DNA of 63,203 nt, filler included, from Octopus bimaculoides (Eukaryota): NCBI RefSeq assembly GCF_001194135.2. It is 7 parts of 6 records of this genome, joined end to end, with 100 filler letters (N's around TTAATTAATTAA, not from the genome) between each part and the next. Parts side by side here need not be neighbours in the genome. Positions count along the whole stretch, not along the records: positions 1 to 14,591 come from NC_068982.1; positions 14,692 to 21,624 come from NC_068986.1; positions 21,725 to 32,130 come from NC_068984.1; 4 more parts are not named here. The stretch is one strand, 5' to 3'. Below are positions 13,231-24,819 of the stretch, piece after piece. Numbering within the stretch: position 1 is the first letter of the stretch; each line of letters opens with the position of its first letter. Both the position numbers and the translations under genes were made by a program. Below the pieces are notes generated by a model. The model had not been told where the DNA came from. It did no database searches and worked only from the letters and a program-made list of their open reading frames with translations.

Positions 13231-13326
13231 CCTCTCACTGTGTCACGTTTTGTCTGCGCATAGAGAGAGTGAGAGAAACAGGTAGAGAATGTAGTCCATG
13301 CATACGTATATACATACACATACATG

Positions 13327-13712
13327 TTGTTGTTGTTGTTGGCACTCCGTCGCTTATGATGTCGAGGGTTCTAGTTGATCCGATCAACGGAACAGCCTGC
13401 TCGTGAAATTAACGTGCAAGTGGCTGAGCACTCCACAGACACGTGTACCCTTACCGTAGTTCTCGGGGATATTCAGCGTGACACAGTGTGACAAGGCTGA
13501 ACCTTTGAATTACAGGCACAACAGAAACAGGAAGTGAGAGAAAGTTGTGGTGAAAGAGTACAGCAGGGTTCGCCACCATCCTCTGCCGGAGCCTCGTGGA
13601 GCTTTAGGTGTTTTCGCTCAATAAACACTCACAACGCCCGGTCTGGGAATCGAAACCGCGATTCTATGACCGCGAGTCCGCTGCCCTAACCACTGGGCCA
13701 TTGCGCCTCCAC
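13327..13712 (-). mobile_element. Full-length tRNA-derived SINE (family C), (CAA)n tail
   Basis: Minus-strand head GTGGAGGCGCAATGGCCCAGTGGTTAGGGCAGCGGACTC...GGTTTCGATTCCC (A/B boxes); high identity to copies at 43128-43427 and 49461-49847. Confidence 0.9.
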
Positions 13713-13974
13713 ATACACATACATACGTACATACATACAAACATACATGCATACATATATGCGCACACACAGACATATATTGTCTCACACAAACATGTAT
13801 ACATATATATATAGGCACACACAGACACAGACACACACACACACACACACGCGCACACGCACACACACACACACATATATGTATGTATGTATGCATACAT
13901 GTATGTATGCCTCTATGTACGCGTACATATTACGTGTGTTGGAACTTTTGCGAACTGATGCCTTTTTTTCTTCA

Positions 13975-14330
13975 CCTCTTCCACGTCTGCAAATTCCGTA
14001 GCACCAGCTTTCGTCACCAGTGACGACCTTCGACTAAAAGGTCCAGATCAACTTCCATCTGTCTTTTCAGTTCATGATACGCATTTAGTGGTGACTGCTT
14101 TTGATCTTCCGTGAGCAAGCGAGGCACAAATTTTGCTGAAATTCTTTTCATTCGCAATCCCTCGCTTAAAACTCGTTGGCAGGAGCTCCAGGACACACGA
14201 ATCATATCAACAAGTTCATCAATTGTTCAGTGACGTTCCTCCAAAATAAGTGCATAAATTTTTATGATGTTTTCATTCGTTCGGGAAGTTGTCGGTCGTC
14301 CTGAACAAGGTTGGTTTTCAAGCGACAAGT
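13975..14330 (-). mobile_element. Internally deleted mariner relic
   Basis: SWSSCQRVLSEGLRMKRISAKFVPRLLTEDQKQ, then after a frameshift SKVVTGDESWCY; most of the catalytic domain is missing. Confidence 0.85.
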
Positions 14331-14560
14331 GACCATTCCTAAAGCGTGGAAACCACTAGATGTGTAAGGCGAGATTGAGAAAGTAATAAGCCTACACGTA
14401 CACAGATACGCAAACACACGCGTACACATACACGCATGAACACACACACACATACAAGCACACATAATGAATATCTTGATCCACTGGAATATTTCCCTTG
14501 TGATTTTGTACACTGAGTGATTGATAAAGAAATAACATGGCCACATTTATTGTGATTATT

Positions 14561-14591
<31 letters not shown>

Positions 14592-14635
14592 NNNNNNNNN
14601 NNNNNNNNNNNNNNNNNNNNNNNNNNNNNNNNNNN

Positions 14636-14647
14636 TTAATTAATTAA
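14636..14647. other. Assembly gap spacer TTAATTAATTAA (also 21669-21680, 32175-32186, 55189-55200, 57518-57529, 59784-59795)
   Basis: Where counted, each is flanked by exactly 44 N per side (100 bp total); it contains stop codons in all six frames. Confidence 0.95.
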
Positions 14648-14759
14648 NNNNNNNNNNNNNNNNNNNNNNNNNNNNNNNNNNNNNNNNNNNNCAAATCATC
14701 TTCCCCACTGTTATAAATATATTCAAGTTCGGGCGTAGTAGAAAACATCTTTCCCTGTC

Positions 14760-14940
14760 ATCACATGACTAATTATTATTTGAAGCGGCAACTGCTTCGT
14801 ACCGTTCCCGCCAGAACGCAAACTGACCAATCACAGCTCCTAATAAGGTCACGTGATAGTGTTTTTCTAATGCCTCTCTGGAGCCCCTATTTTGCTTTAA
14901 ATAGACTAAATTATACCCAGCTAATTCGTCTCGGTTCAGA
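14760..14940 (+). promoter_or_regulatory. Promoter-like motif cluster (E-boxes, CCAAT, TATA-like); LTR U3 or host promoter
   Basis: TCACATGA 14761-14768, CCAAT 14827-14831 (TGACCAATCAC), GTCACGTGA 14848-14856, TTTAAATAG from 14896; upstream of a CpG-rich tract to ~15300. Confidence 0.35.
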
Positions 14941-15480
14941 TCTCTTAGAGACCTGTTCCGTGTACCACACAGCAGCAGCAGCCAGCGACAACAAGCAACA
15001 GCTTCGTACAACTACGACTACCACCGACGTCGCCGCCAGCGTCAACGCCACTTCAACTACGAACTACAAGATTCGCCACCGACGTCGCCAACATCGTCAG
15101 CACGACTTTCCACGTATACAAGCTACCAAACAGTAACCGCGGCATTTCTCTCTTCGATTCTGTTTGTGTGATTTATCTTCACCACGAAATAACAGCCAAG
15201 AGCCCAGCCTGCGACGAACATCTGTATTCCAGAACCCGGCTCGGCATGGAAGCCCTAACATCACGACGAGTGATAGGTCTGACACACACGCCTCAACTTC
15301 TTACATACAGACTGTTACTATTGTGTACTCTAAGAACTGGCAAATTCTTATATGTGTTACGGACTCTTTTTCTATCTGCTGTATCTCACGCATACACATA
15401 CATGTATCACTTACACACACTCTTTTCTTTACACGACGGCCTGTCTTTTATTATGTTTTATTATGTTGCATTCACACTCA

Positions 15481-15579
15481 CACACAGACATACACTTTAA
15501 TGCTACAATAAATATTACGGTTATTCATCACACACAGACATATATTTTAATGCTACAATAAATATTACTGTTATTCATC
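15481..15579. repeat. Tandem duplication, 2 x ~50 bp
   Basis: CACACAGACATA(C/T)A(C/T)TTTAATGCTACAATAAATATTAC(G/T)GTTATTCATC occurs twice in tandem. Confidence 0.9.
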
Positions 15580-15804
15580 TTCTATCGGTTGTGTTCTATC
15601 GTCTTCGTTACTGGCCATTTACGAATTCACTATGTTATCGTAGTATAACATACATATATATCATTTGATATATTTTGTGTTCGACCGTGTGACACGTTTA
15701 ATAAAAGGAGCCCTGTTTTTCCATCCGTCACCGTTTCTCCTTTTTGAGTTCGCACGGTCGTTCCTTACAATATAATCGCACACAACACACAAAAACAACA
15801 AAAT

Positions 15805-16240
15805 GAAACCAGCTGTTCATGCAGGGATAAAAAATTGTGCCCACTAAATGGAGCTTGTATGTCTGAGACCATCATTTATGAAGCCACCGTAGACACTGCA
15901 ACCACTAAGGACACAGTTTCGTCTAAGAAATATGTGGGTCTCACAGAGGGTAATTTTAATGCAAAGTTCAACAATCACATCTTGAGCTTCAAACACTGGG
16001 AAAAAAGAAGAACCAAATTATCCAGTTATATATGGTCCTTTTAAGGAAAAAGGTGTCAATTACAATATCCATTGGAAGACCTTAGCCAAGTGTAAGCCTT
16101 ACACCAACGGTAGTGGAAATTGCTGTCTTTGTGATATGGAAAGAGGGCTCATCTGGAAAAGCAGCTTAGAGCCCGCTACATGTCTAAATTCAAGAACTGA
16201 ACTTTTTGGATCATGTCCACATATGGCTAAACTCGGAGTT
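15805..16240 (+). mobile_element. Penelope-like (Neptune-type) GIY-YIG endonuclease domain, one frameshift
   Basis: CSCRDKKLCPLNGACMSETIIYEATV...KYVGLTEGNFNAKFNNHILSF...TKLSSYIWS/FKEKG...IHWKTLAKCKPY...CCLCDMER...LNSRTELFGSCPH follows the CxC...CPLxGxC / YxGxTE / CxLC / LNxRxE...CxH pattern. Confidence 0.9.
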
Positions 16241-16424
16241 TTATTATGGCAACTGAATAATTGTCACTTATTATATTACAGATAAATTGCTCTATTTACA
16301 TAATATCGAGGTCTCATTCATTCTTTTGTTTTCATACTATTACTATTAATATATATATAATATATATTTTTTTCTTTGTAGTTTCAGCTCGGGGCTGTGG
16401 CCATTTTGCTACACTGTTATTACT

Positions 16425-16800
16425 GAGAGCCTCCTCCAATATGTGGTACTTGGTGAAGAATGGAGTTTGATGTAGCTACCCTCATTTGGACCTCTTACCA
16501 TGAGGTAGGTTCATCTGGGATTCTCGAAAGGAAGAGGTCTAGCCTTGATTTAAAAACGCCTATATTCTACTTTGTGTACATTCTCCAGGTTCTTTGGGAG
16601 AATACTAAAAAGATGTGGGCTTCTGAAACCCAGGCTGTTGCAGTAACTGGTCCTGAAGTGCGATGGCATTGCTGAGATATTTGGCACTATGCAGTGTCAA
16701 CCCGTTCTGGTGTAGCTTTCAATGCCAACATTTGGCACAATTCCTTCGAGGATTTTCCAGACGTATATTACTGCATACCTCTCCCGCCTTCTCTCCAGGG
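16425..16800 (-). mobile_element. CR1-clade LINE 3' end (ORF2 C-terminus)
   Basis: SLERRRERYAVIYVWKILEGIVPNVGI...NSLGFRSPHLFSILPKNL...FKSRLDLFLSRIPDEP, a typical CR1 C-terminal signature. Confidence 0.85.
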
Positions 16801-17603
16801 AGTANNNNNNNNNNTGGGCAAGTGTCTTCTACTATAGCCTCAGACCGACCAAAGCCTTGTGAGTCGATGAAATAAGCTACCGATCAAGTATTGTGATCAA
16901 TGTTATCGAATAATACACTGCTCTCAAATTTGAAGATTGGCAAAATCGCTGGAGGAATGGAATATAGATGTATTGCAGTATTTGCATTTGTTCCGGCTCT
17001 TTAATATCTGAGTTCGAATCCTGCTGAGGTTAATTTTGCCTTTCATCCGTAAACAACCAGTCAAGTACTGGGATAGATTTATTCGGTTAACCCTTTCTTT
17101 TGAAATGTTAAACCTTGTGCCTATCTTAGAAGCAAAGACAGTTATAAAAGATATGTAATGGACAGAAGTAAAAATGAAATTTAGTGTCGAGAATGATTTA
17201 TTCCTTAGCTACAATGTTGAAGCTTCTATTTAGCGGTAAATTACGAGTATGAACTCAGTGACAGTTTGCATCAGAAAAAAAGTCATTACTGAAGGAATTA
17301 GAGAGAATTAATTGTCAGAGTGTGAAAAAAAAGATAAGGCACGACAAGATCTGGTCACAAGCATACTTGTGTGGTTAAGAAGTTCACTTTACATCATCTA
17401 CATGGTTTCAAGTTCAACGCAGCAACATGGCAATTAAGACGAGTTTCTTCTAACATAGCCTTAGGTCTATCAAAGATTTCTACGGTCGATAAAAAATGGG
17501 CGAAAGCCTGTCATAAGGTCTTTTTTTTTTTTTTGTTTTAGCGTAGCAGACTTAATCTGTTTTCCGGTCTTATACCTCCACCCGGTCTTTGGGTGTTTTT
17601 TGC

Positions 17604-17753
17604 GACACTGTAATTAGATAGATTTATATAACGTGCATTGTGTCTCCAAGCAATCCACGGTCTCCGGGAACATGGTTAGTGCTATTTGAAATCCAGCGTC
17701 TGGTTTTCAATAAAACTAATCATGTCCATAGAAATCTACCTAATTACGGTGTC
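17604..17753. mobile_element. Small foldback/MITE-like element
   Basis: ~25-bp imperfect inverted repeats GACAC(T/C)GTAATTAG(A/G)TAGATTT(A/C)TAT at 17604-17628 and 17728-17753. Confidence 0.5.
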
Positions 17754-18087
17754 TCCATGGCAAGAAGCTGTTAGTAGCTCTTATTTTAATACACACACAC
17801 ACACACATACACACACATACACACACACGCACACACATATATATATTTGAGGAATGAACAAAAACAAGGAAAACACGTCAAGAAGGGCAGGTTTTCACAA
17901 AGGTGTTATTAGTTTCATGCTGGAAAGAAAGAAAGGAGGATGATGGAAAAGAGGGAAGAAGAAAAACGGGCGGCTAGGGGCCGGCTAGGAATGCCGTTCA
18001 ATGTGGCTGAAGACTAGCATCACGCTTGGAACTCGGAGTACCAACGATTTTGAATCAAACTGTTTTGATCCACACACACACACATAT

Positions 18088-18430
18088 TCTTTTATTCTTT
18101 TACTTGTTTCAGACATTTGACTGCGGCCATGCTGGAGCACTGCTGTTTAGTCGAAGGAATCGAGCCCAAGACTTATTCTTTGTAAATCTGGTACTTATTC
18201 TACCGGTTTTCTTTTGCCGAACTGCTAAGTTAGGGGACGTAAACACACCAACATCGGTTGTCAAGCGATGGTGGGTGGGAACAAATACTGACACAAAGGC
18301 ACACACACAAGGCTTTGGTTGGCCCGAGGCTATAGTAGAAGACAATTGCCCAAGGTGTCACGCAGTGGGACTGAACCTGTAACCATGTGGTTGGGAAGCA
18401 AGCTTCTTACCACACAGCCACACCTGCGCC
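18088..18430 (-). mobile_element. tRNA-derived SINE family A (internal deletion)
   Basis: Reverse complement matches the family A copy at 20027-20422 (head GGCGCAGG..GGCTGTGTGGTAAG, tail GACTGAAACAAGTAAAAGA). Confidence 0.9.
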
Positions 18431-18436
18431 TATATG

Positions 18437-18472
<36 letters not shown>

Positions 18473-20026
18473 CCCATACATACATACATACATACATATA
18501 TGCATACATATACATACATGTATACATATTCGTACATTCATATATCTGTGTATGTGTTATATGCATGCGTGTGTGTGTGCGTGTGTGTGTATGTGTGTGT
18601 GTGTATGTAAATCCTTATACTAGCTGATATTTCTTTTAAATCTTTAGCCAATTACACTCCAAAGTGGTGGGGCGCCAACAAGCTCTGAACTGTTGAAAAC
18701 AGTTAAGTGCTGCGCTTAATCTGAAGTAAGCTGCCTTTTTATATGAAAGTAATTGATTTAGCACGTGCCACCATGACTTTTATGAATTAATCAAAACTTA
18801 TTAGGAATGTTGATTGCCGGTGTAGGAGATGAAGATGATGGAAAGATGTCAAGTTTAGCTTCAATGGATTTATATTTCTTACTTTGTTTTATTGATATTT
18901 TTTTTCTTTCATTTTTAAGTGTTGAATTATCTGTGGTATTTTCTGTTAAGATAGCCACCAATTTGAAGTTCTTTAACCGTTCCCTATTCTCTCAGTTATA
19001 CTCACAAGTATTTCAGTTTCTTTCCCTCTGTTCAATGTTATTTTTTCTCGTTCAGTCTTCTGTATTCCTTCATCTACGCTATATTTTCTTCTTTTTTTTT
19101 TTTAACCCTACACTGGTAACATCCATTATCTCTCAGCCTTTCTTTTATCGTCCTCTTTCTTACACTTTTTTCCTACTTTTACTCTATATCTCTTATCATT
19201 GTTTCCAATATATATTTTTTCCAATTTTCTCTAATATGCCCTTAAGTTTTTTTTCCCCTTCTATTTTTCTTATTTGCCATTTCTATAGCTTTTGTTTTAT
19301 ACCGTTTTTCCCCCCGCTGCAAACGTATTCATTCCATTCGACAAGTCTTATAGATTTCTACATTTCACTATTCTGTCTGTGGTTGCAAAAAAGGAAGTGA
19401 AAAAAAAAGCAGATCTTGCAATTTTAAAGCAATTTTGTTACTGAAGGCAAACCACACGTGTTCTTGCCAAATTTCTACAAACATCAATCAGTTCTTTATA
19501 ATGCTTGTACTTTTGTTTTCTTTTTGTTTTTTGTTTCGCTATTTCACATATCCAAAGTATTCTCCATACAGTACCACTTTAAAAGTATTTCCCGTTAAAC
19601 AATATCGCTTTGAACTAGTCAGTTTAAATATAGGTTTCAAATTGGGCAAAAGGCTAGCAATTTCAGGGGAAGGAGTACATCGACCCCAGTATTCAACTGG
19701 TGCTTATTTTATCGACCCCGAAAGAATGAAACATTTGAACTCAGAGTGTAAAGACGAATTGCTGTAAAGAAAAAGGTTAATGGAAGTAGATAAGCCCTCA
19801 GTTATCTTCCATATTCTTTTCCACTTTTCATCGACTGCCTACACAGCCAATATCCCATACATAGAAACAGTGGCGGACTGGCCAGGTTGCCAGCTTGCCT
19901 GATGGCAAGTGGGCCCCTGCGCCATTAGAATCCATATATCGGGGCTCATATTAGTATCTAAAGGGTCCATTCCCTCAAGTTTGAGAATTTTTTATTCACT
20001 CTTGGAAGAATGCATTAATTATTTCA

Positions 20027-20422
20027 GGCGCAAGAGTGGCTGCGTGGTAAGTAGCTTGCTTACCAACCACATGGTTCCGGGTTCAGTCCCACTACGTGGC
20101 ACCTTGGGCAAGTGTCTTCTACTATAGCCTCGGGCCGACCAAAGCCTTGTGGGTGGATTTGGTAGACGAAACTGAAAGAAGACCATCGTATATATGTATA
20201 TGTGTGTGTATATGTTTGTGTGTCTGTGTTTGTCCCCCCACCCCCAACATCGCTTGACAACCGTTGCTGGTGTGTTTACGTCCCCGTAACTTAGCGGTTC
20301 GGCAAAAGTGAACGATAGAATAAGTACTAGGCTTACAAAGAATAAGTCCTAGGGTCGATTTGCTCGACTAAAGGTGGTGTTCCAGCATGGCCGTAGTCAA
20401 ATGACTGAAACAAGTAAAAGAG
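20027..20422 (+). mobile_element. Full-length tRNA-derived SINE family A
   Basis: Head GGCGCAAGAGTGGCTGCGTGGTAAG...GGTTCCGGGTTCAGTCCC (A/B boxes), internal (TA/TG)n, tail AAATGACTGAAACAAGTAAAAGAG; many paralogous copies in the window. Confidence 0.92.
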
Positions 20423-20899
20423 TTATTATTATTATTATTATAACACAATTATAATCTCTGAACTAACTTAATCCGGCCTTGATTTAGTTTTTTAGCAGAA
20501 CAATAGGTTATTATATAACAGTTATGTCTGTGATACAGATTTAAAATAATCATTCATGTATTCTTTGCTATTGATACATTATTCATAATTAATGGCTACA
20601 TACAATGGATCTGTGTAACTAAGATCTTGGAAAACATTGTTTAACTATCATTCCGTTTCTTATGCTCAGAAACCATTGAATATTTAACATTAAGCAAACT
20701 GATAGAGATCGATATGTTGGCAATTCTAGTCCATGATTTTATTGTTTTCAAATCCCGAGAGGTCGGTTTCGCCTTTCGTCCTTCTAGTTTAGTATGGGTG
20801 GGGTGAAGTGAGGGTTGGTGGTGTCGCCTACGCCCCCTCCTCTCAAAATTGTTGACCTTGAGCCCCAGTCATAAACTGTTATGACAATTTAGAAGTCAA

Positions 20900-21110
20900 T
20901 GAGCTGGCAGAATCATTACCGTGCCAGACAAAATGCTAAATAGCATTTCGTCCAGCCTTACGGTCTGAGTTCAAATTCCGCTGGGATCAATCCTGCTTTT
21001 TATCCCTTCGGGGTTGATAAAATAAGTACCCGTGGAGCACTGGAGTCGATATAATCGACTAGCACCCTCCCTTCAAAATTTCAGGCTCTATACTTTGAGA
21101 AGACAGGATT
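20900..21110 (+). mobile_element. SINE family B, decayed (alternative tail)
   Basis: GAGCTGGCAGAATC...CTGAGTTCAAATTCCGC...CCTTCGGGGTTGATAAAATAAGTACC. Confidence 0.8.
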
Positions 21111-21260
21111 ATTATTATTATTTCTGAATTAGGCATAAAGCCAACAATTTTAAGGAAAGGGATCAGTCGATACTATCGATCCAAGTTACTTAACCGATTA
21201 TGTTATCGATTCCGGAGGGATGAAGGACAAAGTTGACCTCGAAGGACCTGAATTCAGAAC

Positions 21261-21624
21261 TCTCTTTTACTTGTTTCAGTCATTTGACTGCAGCCATGCT
21301 GGAGCACCACCTTTAGTCGAGCAAATCGACCCCAGGACTTATTCTTTGGAAGCCTAGTACGTATTCTATCGGTCTCTTTATGCCGAACCGTTAAGTTACG
21401 GGGACGTAAACACACCACCATCGGTTGTCAAGCGATGTTGGTGGGACAAACACAGACACACAAACATATATATATACATATATATGACGAGCTTCTTTCA
21501 GTTTCCGTCTACCAAATCCACTCACAAGGCTTTGGTCGGCGCGAGGCTATAGTAGAAGACACATGCCCAAGGTGCCACGCAGTGGGAATGAACCCGGAAC
21601 CATGTGGTTGGTAAGCAAGCTATT
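21261..21624 (-). mobile_element. SINE family A, head cut by gap
   Basis: Near-identical to the reverse complement of 20027-20422. Confidence 0.9.
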
Positions 21625-21874
21625 NNNNNNNNNNNNNNNNNNNNNNNNNNNNNNNNNNNNNNNNNNNNTTAATTAATTAANNNNNNNNNNNNNNNNNNNN
21701 NNNNNNNNNNNNNNNNNNNNNNNNATAAAAGATATTGTATTGTGTTACATAGGTTGTTTAAAGACCCTATGATATTTCGGGAAAAGCTCCTCTTTTCATA
21801 TAGAAGAAAATAATTAAATTTCGTTTTTGTATTTGGTTTGTGATATTCTTTATGTGAATTGCTGTGTTGAAGCA

Positions 21875-22120
21875 TATTTTATTGTGTCTGGTGAGAGTCA
21901 TTTTCTTTTAGTGCCTTATTACTTAACTCACTCACCGGTTCGATTTCCACTAATTTAAAAAATCTTTTCTAAAATGTTCGTTGCGTCTTGCAACCTCTTC
22001 AATGGAAGCAACGAAAATTTTAGAAAAAATAAAGAAGTAAATGGGTGGAAATCAAACCGGGGAATGTGTTAAATAATGGGACACTAAAAGAGAATGACTC
22101 TTCCCAGACACAATAAAATA
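21875..22120. mobile_element. Foldback (palindromic) element, ~110-bp arms
   Basis: 21875-21984 is the imperfect reverse complement of 22008-22120 (TTTATTGTGTCTGG..AGAGTCATT...TTTTCTAAAAT.TTCGTTGC); 23-nt spacer. Confidence 0.8.
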
Positions 22121-22834
22121 ATTAAAGAGTTCGAAGAAATGTGTTCTTACTGAAGTTTTGGACTTTTCTTTTTTTGTTCGAAGAAGGAAGTTTTCTTCGA
22201 AATATAATAGAATCATTAACCAAACATTTAAGGTAATACAGTATCAATGTTTTCAATTATTGACATCACCTTATATAATCCCTTACCTGCATTACTCAAC
22301 GGTTTGTTTTGCAATCCTTAATCTTATATATGCCTAAGCACATATATATGTAAGGAGTGGTCAGACGTATTCCTAGCCTGGTGCGTTACATTGTATGAAT
22401 CGCTGTTTCACACCTAGATACACTTATCTCATATTCATCAATACATATCAGATGCTATTCAACATCTTCATAAATGACAACAGCGCCTATTTAACTTTAC
22501 TTCCCTATATACTCACACAAATATTTTGAGATTCTTAACTCTCTGCCTCATTTTCCTTCGCTCAGTCTTCCCTCTCTCGTTTTTCTCCATTTCATTTTCT
22601 TCGTTTATCTCTTCCTTGCTTCCTCTCTTCACTTATTGTTTTTTCCCTCTTTCACATTCTTTATCTCGCTCTCTTAACACCTGCTCTCACTATGAACCAC
22701 ATTGTGTCTTCACTTCTGATTCTACTATCCCACCCCAACTTTCTATTTACATTAAGCCTGAAATGTAAGCACGCATCATAAATTCAGCAACGTTTATATT
22801 TTTTCCTTCTTACACCTCTTATTACTTATCCTTC

Positions 22835-22868
22835 AGTTCGATAAAGGGTATAACCTGAAACGTTAGAC
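22835..22868 (+). ncRNA. Decayed minimal hammerhead motif
   Basis: TCGATAA-AGG-GTATAA-CCT-GAAAC-GTT-AGAC: stem II and GAAAC-GTT are retained, but the CUGAUGA core is degenerate. Confidence 0.4.
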
Positions 22869-24133
22869 CCTCTTCTGTTTCTTTTATTGGCGTATGAAGT
22901 GTGTATATTCATTATACACATTCCTTTACTGTGTTCTTGTTTCGTTTCATATTTTTATGCTTTTTCCATCTCATGTTTTGCATTTCTGATTAATCTATTA
23001 TTTATTTCTTTCCTTCTTCCTTGCCTCACCATCTTACTCCTTTTGTTTGTGTGTGTTATTTTTTCTACGTATATATTTACGTCCATACATAACAAATCAC
23101 CGCTATTTCACAGACTCACCCATATAGCATATATACAATATAAACAGCTAAAATTTCCGATTGGCTAAAATAGCACAAGCGACAAAACAATGAATCTAAA
23201 CTTGTATGTATGACTACATGTTGCTTTATACTGTTTAGACTAACTATTAACGAACATATAAGTTATTAATCCTAATAAATTATAATAAATTGCTTCGTCC
23301 TTGTATTTAGTTAGCAACATTTTTGATGTAGACTCGTATGTTGAAACATATTTCGTTGTATCTAAATTGCTAGTTGTCAATCTATATACAATAACTAATC
23401 CTATTTAAACTATTAATTCGTTATTTCTTAAATGCCAAACGTACTGTAAGTGTGCAGTTGTACACGCAGTACAGCTAACATTATAGTTATTATAGTTATT
23501 ATAGTTATATAGTTCTAAAATATTGGTTTAACAATTGTTATGTCGCGTCAATATTGCATTGCTTTAAGTGTTCTGTCACTGTTTCAGTGGTTACTGAGTG
23601 TTAACCTAAAATTGTATTCACTCACAAATTGTTTCCTCTTTGTCTTTACCAACCATGGCTTCAGCGGACGCTTTATGTTAAAAAAAAAATGGTCGCCAGA
23701 AGGTCAGGTTTGTTGCTGCTACTACTGCTGTCGTCATCGTCGTCGCCGCCGCCATCATCGTCTTGCAACTGCTTTTGCTGTCAGCGGTTCTTGGTATTTC
23801 GGATATTTTATGTTAGTTGTATATTGTTGCAATGGTTTTTCATGTTAGTTCTTCATGATATTTCGGTTGTTTTTTGTTTGTTTCGTTCTCGGTCGTCTCC
23901 TGATCGAGCAGACATATAATCAAATGCTTCCCAGCCGTGACCATCTCGCATTTTTAAAGACATGTAGGATTTTATTGTTCTATATGATCTCATTTTTAAA
24001 AATCTGAATGGGAATGAATGGAAGGAAACTTAACTGCTATTTCTAACCATCCGTGCGATGATGCACAGGTTCCTACATTGACTTGTTTAGTGTCATCTTT
24101 GTTGTTGCTGTTGCTGCCTAATTTTATTCTAAA

Positions 24134-24163
24134 CTAGCGGGGATACCTAGCATTGCTCGGGAT
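24134..24163 (-). mobile_element. Helitron 3' terminus (hairpin + CTAG)
   Basis: Minus strand ATCCCGAGCAATGCTAGGTATCCCCGCTAG|T; the same motif occurs at 52768-52795 on plus. Confidence 0.6.
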
Positions 24164-24819
24164 CAAAATGACATAGTTTGTATATATATTAGTTATATTG
24201 AAGCATGTGATACGGGAAAGTGCAGCATTGACGACAAAACATTTGTGGAGTAAATGATGGGCCAATTCGACTAAGCGACATGTCATGCGTCTCTTTGGAG
24301 AATTCCAGGCATTAACCTGTCATGGAAAATTGGGGGTGGGGTGTATGTGATTTTTGAACGAACTGAAAAGCTGTCAGTGGATATGCTCTCCTTTGCGGCG
24401 GTCGGCGCTGCGTCTAACACAACCCGTTGTATGGTTGACAGTCGAATGAATGTAGGTGCAATGGAGATATTGTACATAAATGGTTACATTCTGGAAAGGG
24501 GCTGCAATGGGAGACGACAACGAGGAAGTGAACGGTTGAAGTGTTGTACAAGACGAAGGGTTGACATTGGATTGCTGGTGTGGCTGTAGAATACGAAACA
24601 TAAAATGAGCCTATGCAGCCACATGAGAATATGTAGTAATGAATTACTTGAAAAAATAAGGCGTAATGGCTTACCACATGGTTGGTGGGAGTAATTGGAG
24701 AATATATTTTGATACTGAAGTCCATGCAGGAAACTGCTTTGTTGGTGCAGTCTTTGGGTTTGTTGGTATTATGCCGAAATGGTATCCATCTTCACCATTC
24801 ACAAAGAGCAGTGAATTTT

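Noticed and set aside
13640-13712. tRNA gene (also other SINE heads, e.g. 20027-20095 and 49775-49847)
   Set aside because: The tRNA-like heads run directly into SINE bodies present in multiple copies; no complete acceptor stem or Pol III terminator.
18807-19400. 197-aa Phe/Leu/Ser-rich ORF
   Set aside because: Compositional ORF from a T-rich strand; no motif. The opposite strand may be an old TE relic but could not be assigned.
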